A stretch of DNA of 64,000 nt from Patescibacteria group bacterium (lineage in GTDB: Bacteria; Patescibacteriota; Patescibacteriia; Patescibacteriales; UBA12465), in assembly GCA_041649315.1 (NCBI GenBank), contig JBAZNJ010000001.1, positions 5,869-69,868 of the forward strand, written 5' to 3'. Position 1 is the first letter of the stretch; every line of letters starts with the position of its first letter. Shown here in pieces: positions 54,254-62,265 of this stretch. The position numbers were made by a program, and so were the translations under genes. The notes beneath the pieces are model-generated. The model made no database searches, was not told where the DNA came from, and saw nothing but the letters and a program-made list of their open reading frames with translations.

Positions 54254-55111
54254 TTATTCCCCATAAACCGCTTTTAATAAATCTAAATCTTTGCCGCTAT
54301 CACGCAGGAGAGATAAATTTTTATTTTCAACAGCGCGCAAGAATTCTAAAGACAAATTGTCTAAACCGGCTTCTTCAGCGTAACGGCGCAAAGCGGCAAA
54401 ATCTTTGATAAAGCAGTTGCCGCCCGCCCCTCGACCGGTTTTTTCGCTAAGCCCGGAAGCATGGACCGGATCAAGATGGCTCCCGCCAATGCGCGGATCC
54501 GCGGCGATACCGGCGGCGATACGCTTCCAATCGCTTCCCTCTTTGGTGGCTAGGTCATAAAAAATATTGGCGTATAAAACTTTTAAGAGCAGGAAAGTAT
54601 TAGCGGCGTATTTTATAATCTCCGCTTCCTTAACCGGACAACTTAAGCTTAAAGGCGCCGGCGGCAAAATACTTAAAATCTCTTCGGCCCGGCGGCGATA
54701 TTCCTCATTATCAATCGGATAACCGACGACATTGCGAGTCGGATTGGCCGCGTCATAAGCCGCGGTCTTTTCAGTTAAAAATTCCGGCGAATGAAAAACA
54801 TAACGATCCGGATACAACTCCTGTAAAGCAGCGCAAGTGCCGGGCAGAATCGTGGATTTTATGACCGCGGACTTTCCTGAGCCGACCAAAGCTAAAACTT
54901 CTTTTAAAGTATCGTAGTTAAAGCCCGTCGGGGTAGTCGGGGTAGGGACGGCAATAAAAACAATATCACAGCCAGTAATCCGCTCTTTATTATTGCGAAA
55001 TTCTTCCGAACGGGCATAGCGGATTACTTCATAGCCGCGATTAGTAAAATCGTCGGCATAGCTTCGACCAATAAATCCTTGGCCGATAAAGCCGATGAGG
55101 GGTTTAGACAT
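54254..55111 (-). CDS. UDP-glucose/GDP-mannose dehydrogenase family protein, short form lacking the C-terminal nucleotide-sugar domain
   Basis: IGFIGQGFIG (NAD), FIAVPTP, SPEFLTEKTA, EAEIIKYAANTFL, and catalytic-Cys region GGNCFIKD. At 285 aa it is shorter than the canonical length of about 390-440 aa. Confidence 0.7.
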   Translation of the reverse strand: MSKPLIGFIGQGFIGRSYADDFTNRGYEVIRYARSEEFRNNKERITGCDIVFIAVPTPTTPTGFNYDTLKEVLALVGSGKSAVIKSTILPGTCAALQELYPDRYVFHSPEFLTEKTAAYDAANPTRNVVGYPIDNEEYRRRAEEILSILPPAPLSLSCPVKEAEIIKYAANTFLLLKVLYANIFYDLATKEGSDWKRIAAGIAADPRIGGSHLDPVHASGLSEKTGRGAGGNCFIKDFAALRRYAEEAGLDNLSLEFLRAVENKNLSLLRDSGKDLDLLKAVYGE

Positions 55112-55148
55112 AAATAATAACTGATTAAATAGATACTTAATTAATATT

Positions 55149-56456
55149 TTAAACCTTTTCCTCCCGCTCTTCTCCGCTTCGCATATCTTTTATCTTATAA
55201 ATGCCGCGAGACGCTTCGTCTTCGCCAAAAATTATAACCTGGCTTATTTTCCGCTTATCCGCGAACTCAAGCGCCTTGCCGATTTTTTGTTCTTCCAAAC
55301 CGGCCAAAATATTCAAACCGCGCTCATCCTCGCCTCCACCGACGCGCAAACGCTTCGCTAATTTAGCGGTTTCTATCTCCAGCTTTTTTGATAAAAGAGG
55401 CAGATAATAACTTTCCTCTTCAAACTCTGCGGCCTTTCCTAAAAGCCCCCAGCTTTCTAAAAATAGGCGCATCGTTTCATCGCCGGGCGCGAAACCGACG
55501 GCCGGAAAATTCTTCTCGCCAAAAATTTCAGCCAAACCGTTATAACGGCCGCCGCCGAAAAGCGCCCGCTTGTTTTCCGGGTTCCTATCAAAAACTTCAA
55601 ACACTAATCCGTCATAATAATCAAAACCGCGAATAATCGTCGGCCGGAATTCGATCCATTCGCCATAGCCAAGTTCGCTTAAAATATTCATCGCTTCGCT
55701 TAGCTCCATAAACCCTTCGTTTTTTTCTAATTCCGGTAAGGCCGCGATTAATCTTTCTAAGCTTTCGCTCATCATAAACCTTTGTAAGATCAAAGTCGCC
55801 GCCTTATCTAGTCCGGCTTCGCTCAAACGCTTATTTACTTCTGCCTCGCTTAATTTATCCCATTTATCAAGTGTCCGGATAACAAAAATTCTGTCTTCAG
55901 ACCGGAGACGTCCGGCGCCGCTTAGCTCAAGAATCGCGTCAATCAGTTTCCGATTATTAAGCGCCAGGACAAAAGAATCCTGAGGCGGATCAAATTCTAA
56001 CATGATATCTAGGGCGAGCTGGAGCGTTTCAATATCCGCTTTAAGCGAGGCGCTGCCAAAAATATCGCAATTCAACTGCCAAAATTCCCGATTGCGGCCG
56101 CGCTGGGGTTTCTCATTGCGCATAAAATTCGCAATGGAAAAATATTTTAAGGGCTTCGGACTGGAAGCGTAAATCTTCGTGATCATCCGGGTCACCGACG
56201 GCGTCATTTCCGGCCGGATTGATAATTCCCGATCGCCTAAATCCTTAAAAGTCACAAGTTCTTTCCCACCGATATCCTCACCGCTTTTCGCCCGATAAAT
56301 ATCGGCCGATTCCACGAGCGGCGTCAAATATTCCTCAAAGCCATAACGCCGGCAAACCCGTCGCCAAGTATCAAAAATATATTTCCTAATCAAAAACTCC
56401 TCGGGTAGCCAATCCCGGGTTCCTTTCGGTTCTTGTTTTGATAATATTTTACTCAT
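55149..56456 (-). CDS. hisS: histidine--tRNA ligase
   Basis: GTRDWLPEE, class II motifs (FRPEMTPSVTRM, RGRNREFWQLNCDIFG, GGGRY), and a C-terminal anticodon-binding domain. Confidence 0.9.
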   Translation of the reverse strand: MSKILSKQEPKGTRDWLPEEFLIRKYIFDTWRRVCRRYGFEEYLTPLVESADIYRAKSGEDIGGKELVTFKDLGDRELSIRPEMTPSVTRMITKIYASSPKPLKYFSIANFMRNEKPQRGRNREFWQLNCDIFGSASLKADIETLQLALDIMLEFDPPQDSFVLALNNRKLIDAILELSGAGRLRSEDRIFVIRTLDKWDKLSEAEVNKRLSEAGLDKAATLILQRFMMSESLERLIAALPELEKNEGFMELSEAMNILSELGYGEWIEFRPTIIRGFDYYDGLVFEVFDRNPENKRALFGGGRYNGLAEIFGEKNFPAVGFAPGDETMRLFLESWGLLGKAAEFEEESYYLPLLSKKLEIETAKLAKRLRVGGGEDERGLNILAGLEEQKIGKALEFADKRKISQVIIFGEDEASRGIYKIKDMRSGEEREEKV

Positions 56457-56677
56457 ATTAGCATAATCTAAACCTAACAGATTATATCTGTTGATTATTT
56501 ATATTTTACTCTTTTTCATTATTTGGCGCAAATCAGACTCCAGGTTTATTCTTTCTTTAAAAAAACTTTAACTTTCTTTCATGGTTCATTTTATATACTT
56601 AAAGCATTAAATAAATTTAATAAATTAATTAACGGCGCTTATATTTTTCTTTAAAAATATCCGTGCCGAAAAAACTT

Positions 56678-57382
56678 ATGAAAATTCTAATCATTGACGA
56701 TGAAAAAGCTATCGTTCAATTCCTAAAAGACGGCTTGGAGGCGAATATGTACAGCGTTGAAACCGCGGCCGACGGCGAGCGCGGATCCTTTATGGCTCGA
56801 ACGGGAAAATACGATCTGATAATCCTTGACTACATGCTACCGAAACAAAACGGCGCCCAGGTTCTAAAAGAAATCCGACAGGAAAAAAACCATGTCCCGG
56901 TCATAATGCTCACGGTCAAATCTGAAATCAAGGATAAGGAAGAGGTCTTCGCGCTCGGCGCCGATGATTATCTTACTAAGCCCTTTCTCTTTGATGAACT
57001 ACTTTTACGCGTCCGGGCGCTTTTAAAACGACCAGCGAAGATCCAAAGCGAATTATTTAAAATCGATAATCTCACGCTAAATACGCGGAGCCAAATAGTC
57101 CGGCGCGGCGGCCGGGAAATCTATCTTACCAGGCGGGAGTTTGCCCTCTTGGAATATCTGATGGCTAACCGCGGTCAGATCATGTCCCGCAACCAGATTT
57201 TAGAGCATGTCTGGGATTATAACGCCGATCCTTTTTCTAATTCCGTGGAAACGCATCTGGCTAGCTTACGCCGGAAAATAAACGCCGAGGGCCAGCGCAA
57301 TTTAATCCATACTTTCAACGGCCGGGGCTACAAGATGGCGCTGGATAAACTATGGCGACCTGATAAACGAAGAAGAAATTGA
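56678..57382 (+). CDS. OmpR/PhoB-family response regulator (no adjacent histidine kinase)
   Basis: MKILIIDDEK...DLIILDYMLP (receiver Asp) plus a winged-helix C-terminus (LTRREFALLEYL...GRGYK). The ORF-track start at 56663 is a GTG, so the ATG at 56678 is preferred. Confidence 0.9.
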   Translation: MKILIIDDEKAIVQFLKDGLEANMYSVETAADGERGSFMARTGKYDLIILDYMLPKQNGAQVLKEIRQEKNHVPVIMLTVKSEIKDKEEVFALGADDYLTKPFLFDELLLRVRALLKRPAKIQSELFKIDNLTLNTRSQIVRRGGREIYLTRREFALLEYLMANRGQIMSRNQILEHVWDYNADPFSNSVETHLASLRRKINAEGQRNLIHTFNGRGYKMALDKLWRPDKRRRN

Positions 57383-57460
57383 TTGATAATTAAAAATAGG
57401 TAATTGCCGATTAAAAGATAAAATTAATCTGATAGTGCCTCGGATAGTCAGCTTAATCCT

Positions 57461-57487
57461 AAAAAACGACCAGCCGGCCGTTTTTTT
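57461..57487. terminator. bidirectional terminator between convergent response regulator and rarA
   Basis: AAAAAA-cg(a)cc-agcc-gg(c)cg-TTTTTTT. The GC stem is short, with one mismatch, and is extended by A:T pairs. Confidence 0.45.
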
Positions 57488-57545
57488 ATGACAAAATTTT
57501 TTCCTTTTTACGGAAATATCTTTTCTGGTAAAAATTTTTTCTTCT

Positions 57546-58838
57546 TTATGGTAAAAACTTCTTCCTTTTAATCTTCTCCGGCAGATACTCTTGGCGACTA
57601 TCATCTTCAAGCGGCGTATATTTATAGTCCTTAGCATAACCCAAGTTCTTCATCAACTTTGTCGGCGCGTTGCGCAGATGCAAAGGCACAGGCAGATTGC
57701 CGGATTCTTCAACTTCGCGCTTGGCCGCTTCATAAGCTATATAAGCGGCAATGCTTTTAGGAGATTTTGCTAAGTAAATTACGCAGTGGGCAAGATTAAC
57801 GCCGCACTCGGGCAGGCCGGTTTTTTGACAAGCGTCATAAGCGGCCGTTGTCAGCATCAAGGCGCTATTATTAGCTAAGCCAACATCTTCAGAAGCGAAA
57901 CGAATAAGGCGGCGGGCAATATAAAGCGGATCTTCGCCGGCCTCAATCATCCGAGCTAAATAATAAACCGCCGCATCGGCGTTCCCCCCGCGCATTGATT
58001 TATGTAAAGCGGAAATTAAATTATAGTGCTCCTCGCCGCTCTTGTCATAAAGCAGATTCGGCTTACTGATTATTTCTTTAATTAACGCTGTAGTTATTTT
58101 TCCGGTTCCGGATTGATTATTATCAAGGGCGGCCATTATGCCTTGGTCGGCCATTGCGTTTTTGCCACTTCTTTTCTTTCTGGTTTGGCCGGTTTGACCG
58201 CTGTCAGTCGCCGCCATAGTACAATGCTCGGCCGCGCTTTCTAAAATATTTAAAGCTTTGCGCGCATCGCCGTTAGCCAATTTGGCAATCAGTCCCCTAA
58301 CCGCTACATCTAATTTTATTTTTAATTCAAGCGCCGCCCGAGCGATAATTTTTTCTAATTCCGCCGGCATTAGCGCTTCCAACACGACTACCTTAACCCG
58401 CGACAATAAAGCGCCGTTAACCGCAAAACTTGGATTCTCGGTAGTTGCGCCAATTAGAATAATCGCGCCGCTTTCTACATTAGGCAGAAGGGCGTCCTGC
58501 TGAGCTTTATTCCAGCGATGAATCTCATCAATAAATAATATTGTCTTGATGCCCAGTCGCCGACTCTCTTTGGCTCGATCGGTAATACTCCTAAGATCTT
58601 TGATGCCGCTCGCGGTTGCTGATAGCTCGACGAACTCGGCTTTCGTTTCTTTAGCAATAATAAAAGCCAGAGTCGTCTTACCGCTACCGGGCGGCCCCCA
58701 AAAAATCAAAGACGGCACCTTATCGTTCTTTATGGCGGCATAAAGCCAAGCCTTAGAACCGATAATTTTTTCCTGACCGACGAATTCCTTTAAAGTTTTC
58801 GGCCGTAAATATGTAGCTAAGGGCTGATCTTTTAACAT
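57546..58838 (-). CDS. rarA: replication-associated recombination protein A (AAA+ ATPase)
   Basis: LIFWGPPGSGKTTLA, ILFIDEIHRWNK, GATTENP, SALHKSMRGGNADAAVYYLARM (MgsA C-terminal domain). It contains a roughly 40-aa hydrophilic insert. Confidence 0.92.
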   Translation of the reverse strand: MLKDQPLATYLRPKTLKEFVGQEKIIGSKAWLYAAIKNDKVPSLIFWGPPGSGKTTLAFIIAKETKAEFVELSATASGIKDLRSITDRAKESRRLGIKTILFIDEIHRWNKAQQDALLPNVESGAIILIGATTENPSFAVNGALLSRVKVVVLEALMPAELEKIIARAALELKIKLDVAVRGLIAKLANGDARKALNILESAAEHCTMAATDSGQTGQTRKKRSGKNAMADQGIMAALDNNQSGTGKITTALIKEIISKPNLLYDKSGEEHYNLISALHKSMRGGNADAAVYYLARMIEAGEDPLYIARRLIRFASEDVGLANNSALMLTTAAYDACQKTGLPECGVNLAHCVIYLAKSPKSIAAYIAYEAAKREVEESGNLPVPLHLRNAPTKLMKNLGYAKDYKYTPLEDDSRQEYLPEKIKRKKFLP

Positions 58839-58926
58839 AAATATATCTTAAAATCACATCGCTAATATATTTTAACCCTTTTTCCTTGTCCTGGAAACCT
58901 TGACAAAAACTTAAAATAGTGATTAA

Positions 58927-59271
58927 ATGGAGGCAGTACATTCACTAAAAATAAATATTATGAATAATACAAGAAGTTTAGTAGCGGCTCTAGGGCTTAA
59001 TATTTTTATCACCAGTGTTTGCTGTGTATTGGCCAGCGCCTTTTTATTGGTAATAACATATATGTTAAGCTCTTATGGAATAGAAATCCCAAACGGCGCG
59101 GCCCAAGAGCCGGAAAAAATTATTACCGGCTTCGGCTTATCCGCAATCGTTTGCTGTTTCGTCGGGCTTCTGATAACCGATAAATTTTCCGAAGTCGGAA
59201 CGCCGGCGAACAAGAACAGCGACAGGATTGAAGAGCTAGAAACCGCGGTCGGGACCGAAGCCGGAAGCTGA
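58927..59271 (+). CDS. hypothetical membrane protein (2 TMs)
   Basis: 114-aa ORF. The true start may be the internal Met at 58960, because a TTGACA-17-TTAAAT promoter-like element ends at the annotated ATG. Confidence 0.55.
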   Translation: MEAVHSLKINIMNNTRSLVAALGLNIFITSVCCVLASAFLLVITYMLSSYGIEIPNGAAQEPEKIITGFGLSAIVCCFVGLLITDKFSEVGTPANKNSDRIEELETAVGTEAGS

Positions 59272-59296
59272 GGACAAAAAAATTAAAAAAAACAAA

Positions 59297-59324
59297 AATC
59301 CGAGAAACATTTCCCGGGTTTTTT
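59297..59324. terminator. terminator between convergent genes
   Basis: aatccgagaaa-cat-tttcccgggtt (imperfect stem) followed by a T-run. Confidence 0.45.
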
Positions 59325-59355
59325 ATTTTAAAATCAAAAACAACCCTAAATTAAT

Positions 59356-60105
59356 TTAATGCCCGAAAGCAATCTTAACCAAAAACATCAAAGCGATGCC
59401 GGCGATAATAAAAATCAACTGCAATAAAGAGCGGCTTAAAACCGGCTCTTTTTTTATTTCCGGCAGAAGATCGGCGGTCGCGATATAAATAAAACCGCCG
59501 GCCGTAAACGGAATAATAAATTCGGAAAATCCGCCAATCCTAGCGCTGAAAATAATCGCCGCGGCCGCCCCGAGCACTGCGGTTAAAGCGGTTAAAAGAT
59601 TCATTAGAATCGCCCGGCCGCGCGAATAACCCGCGTAAATCAAAACACCGAAGTCACCGATTTCCTGGGGAATCTCATGAGCGATAACTGCAATTAAAGT
59701 CGCTAAACCGAGCGGCACGCTCACTAAGAATGCGCCGGCAATCACCACCCCGTCAAAAAAATTATGCAAGCCGTCGCCGACAATATTCATCACGCCTAAA
59801 TGATGCGGATGTTCGGGGCAAGTCGGGATATGGCAATGCCGCCAATGGACAACTTTTTCTAAAATAAAAAAGCCGATTATGCCGGCGAGTAAAGCCAGCC
59901 AAACTTTCTCTCCATCGCCACTCTCCAGGGCTTCGGGCAAAAGATGTAAAAAACTGCCACCAAGCAAAGTCCCGGCTGATAAGCTCACTAAAAACAAGGT
60001 TATCTTTTTCAATAGCCGAGGCGATAAAGACAAGAAAAAAACGCCGACCAACGACAAAAGCGAAATCAAGAATACGCCACCGAAAATATAGAGATAGAGA
60101 TGCAT
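59356..60105 (-). CDS. ZIP-family divalent metal transporter
   Basis: HNFFDGVVIAGAF and AHEIPQEIGDFGVLIYAG are ZIP/ZupT signature helices. There is a His-rich loop, HCHIPTCPEHPHHLG. Confidence 0.88.
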   Translation of the reverse strand: MHLYLYIFGGVFLISLLSLVGVFFLSLSPRLLKKITLFLVSLSAGTLLGGSFLHLLPEALESGDGEKVWLALLAGIIGFFILEKVVHWRHCHIPTCPEHPHHLGVMNIVGDGLHNFFDGVVIAGAFLVSVPLGLATLIAVIAHEIPQEIGDFGVLIYAGYSRGRAILMNLLTALTAVLGAAAAIIFSARIGGFSEFIIPFTAGGFIYIATADLLPEIKKEPVLSRSLLQLIFIIAGIALMFLVKIAFGH

Positions 60106-60212
60106 AAATTTTATTTTGTATAATCGGGCTGCCGCTATCAGCTATGCTGAGCATTTAAAGACAGTCCCTTAATTCACTTCTCTATTCTATCAAGTTTTAA
60201 AAAAATAACAAA

Positions 60213-60227
60213 GGATAATAATTATCC
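60213..60227. promoter_or_regulatory. Fur-family 7-1-7 palindrome upstream of the ZIP transporter
   Basis: GGATAAT-A-ATTATCC is a perfect 7-1-7 inverted repeat. Compare the Fur-family core TGATAATnATTATCA. It lies about 110-120 nt upstream of the ZIP ATG. Confidence 0.45.
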
Positions 60228-60318
60228 GGCCTAAAAGCGCATCAGTGCATACCCATTACCGGCGGCTAATTCCGCTCTACAAAATTACAAACGCAAAAAA
60301 ATAACACCAGCTAAATTC

Positions 60319-61536
60319 CTACTCACTCCGCAAAGCATCAACCGGATCAAGCCGGCTCGCCTTATAGGCCGGATAAAACCCAAAGAAAACGCCGACTAAG
60401 ACAGAAAAGGAGAAACCGAGAATCGGCCCGGTCGTTGAACTATCTACGGCGATAAGATTAAAATGGGAAATAATCGGAATCGCCGCCTGGCCGATAACAA
60501 TGCCGATTAATCCGCCGATCGTTGATAAGATCACTGATTCCAATAAAAATTGAGTCAAAATATCAGAACGCTTACCGCCGATTGCCTTAGCGATACCAAT
60601 CTCTTTAGTCCGCTCGGAAACGATAACGAACATCACGTTCATAATTCCAATGCCAGAAACTAATAAAGTAATCGCGGCAATGGCGGTTAAGAGCGCAGTC
60701 ATGGTCTTGGCTGATTCCTGCGCAGCGGCAACCATACTGCCGGCGTCCATGATGCCGAAATCATTTTCCTGGGCGGCCGTGAGCTTATGTTCCGCGCGCA
60801 AAATCGTTTCAATACTAGAAGTCGCTACACCGGTATTATCAAGATCAGCAACAGTCGCTACGATCATCACCTGGCCGCGCGTGCCTAAGATACTTTTTTC
60901 GGCCGTGGTGCTCGGAATGATTACAGAATCATCGATAGAAATCATGCCAATACGCGAACCGAGTTTTTTTAAAACACCCACAACTTCCAAACGCTTGCCA
61001 CCGACGGTAATTTCGGCCGCGAGCGGATCATCGCCATCAACAAATAAATCAGCGGCGACAGTCGCACCAATAACCGCGACCATCGCCCGGTCAGAAACAT
61101 CTTCCTCCTCAATACCCCGACCGCTCTCGATTTTCAGATTAGAAACCGTTAAATAATTATGATCGACACCAACCAGGCTATAACTGTTCTCAACCGAACC
61201 ATAAGAAACGCTGGCGTTCCCCTGGATTGCGCCGGTCGCCGAAGAAATATTTTCCGCTTGCTCTAAAATCGCCTGAGCGTCAGCGGTCGTTAATTTTGAA
61301 CTGCTGATCGCGCCGCGGCCACCACCAGACATCATCATCCGGTTCGGCGTAATCATCAAAGAATTAGCGCTTAAATTCCGAAACTGGGAATTGACCGATT
61401 CCTGGGCACCTTTCCCGACGGCAAAAACGGCAATGACCGTAGCCACGCCGATAATGATTCCCAGCATCGACAAAAAAGTCCTGGTTTTTTTGGCCAATAA
61501 GGAATCAAACGCCATTTTTATGATTTCTAAAATCAT
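60319..61536 (-). CDS. ABC transporter permease, MacB/FtsX type
   Basis: N-terminal TM, a large periplasmic domain and three C-terminal TMs (FtsX domain). The protein ends in RLDPVDALRSE. Confidence 0.88.
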   Translation of the reverse strand: MILEIIKMAFDSLLAKKTRTFLSMLGIIIGVATVIAVFAVGKGAQESVNSQFRNLSANSLMITPNRMMMSGGGRGAISSSKLTTADAQAILEQAENISSATGAIQGNASVSYGSVENSYSLVGVDHNYLTVSNLKIESGRGIEEEDVSDRAMVAVIGATVAADLFVDGDDPLAAEITVGGKRLEVVGVLKKLGSRIGMISIDDSVIIPSTTAEKSILGTRGQVMIVATVADLDNTGVATSSIETILRAEHKLTAAQENDFGIMDAGSMVAAAQESAKTMTALLTAIAAITLLVSGIGIMNVMFVIVSERTKEIGIAKAIGGKRSDILTQFLLESVILSTIGGLIGIVIGQAAIPIISHFNLIAVDSSTTGPILGFSFSVLVGVFFGFYPAYKASRLDPVDALRSE

Positions 61537-61539
61537 AAC

Positions 61540-62250
61540 TTAATAATTGCTCTTTAACTTATAATCATTATCCAAAACCTGGCCATCGCGCAAATAAATT
61601 ATTCGATCAGCGTATTTCGCGACTTCAGCCGTATGCGTAACCATCACGACCGTCCGTCCCTGTTTCTTGAACCCAGTAAAAATGTCCATCACCTCCAAGC
61701 CGGATTTAGAATCCAGGGCGCCAGTCGGCTCATCCGCTAAAATTATTTCCGGATCATTTATTAAGGCGCGGCAAATCGCCACCCGTTGCTGTTGGCCGCC
61801 GGAAAGTTCAGTCGGCTTATGGCTAGCCCGATCGGCCATGCCCACTGATTTAAGCAAAGCGGCCGCTTTCGTTTCCCGTTCCAAAGCGGAAACGCCGGCG
61901 TAAAGCGCCGGCAAAGCGACATTCTTTAAAGCAGAAAATCGAGTAAATAAATTAAACTGCTGGAAAATAAAACCCATTTTCTTATTACGGATAAACGCCA
62001 AAGTAAAATCATCGCGAACCACGCCGATATCTTCGCCGTTCAAAAAATATCGACCCTGACTTAAAGGATGTAAACAACCGATAACATTAAGTAACGTTGT
62101 CTTACCACCACCGGACTCACCCATGATCGCCACAAACTCGCCTTTTTTTATTTCTAAATCTATGCCTTTGAGCACAGGAATTTCCTCGCCGTTGGCCAGG
62201 TAATATGATTTATAAGCCCTTTCTAATTTTATCGCGCTTGCTTCAGCCAT
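61540..62250 (-). CDS. ABC transporter ATP-binding protein (MacB/LolD type)
   Basis: Walker A GESGGGKTTL, signature LSGGQQQRV, Walker B ILADEPTGALD. Confidence 0.92.
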   Translation of the reverse strand: MAEASAIKLERAYKSYYLANGEEIPVLKGIDLEIKKGEFVAIMGESGGGKTTLLNVIGCLHPLSQGRYFLNGEDIGVVRDDFTLAFIRNKKMGFIFQQFNLFTRFSALKNVALPALYAGVSALERETKAAALLKSVGMADRASHKPTELSGGQQQRVAICRALINDPEIILADEPTGALDSKSGLEVMDIFTGFKKQGRTVVMVTHTAEVAKYADRIIYLRDGQVLDNDYKLKSNY

Positions 62251-62265
62251 AAAAAACGATTACTT

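Noticed and set aside
56476-56492. Inverted repeat AACAGAT-TAT-ATCTGTT upstream of hisS, considered as a T-box or operator
   Set aside because: It is far too short for a T-box leader, with no specifier or antiterminator architecture in the roughly 100-nt upstream region. It contains a TATAAT on the minus strand and may simply be the promoter. It is noted but not reported as a feature.
57350-57637. 95-aa minus-strand ORF spanning the response-regulator/rarA intergenic terminator
   Set aside because: It crosses a terminator and the ends of two convergent genes, and its composition is basic and low-complexity. It is not a plausible gene.
59762-60154. 130-aa minus-strand ORF overlapping the ZIP transporter start
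   Set aside because: It is an out-of-frame overlap with the well-supported ZIP gene, has an Arg/Trp-rich nonsense-like composition, and extends into the promoter region.
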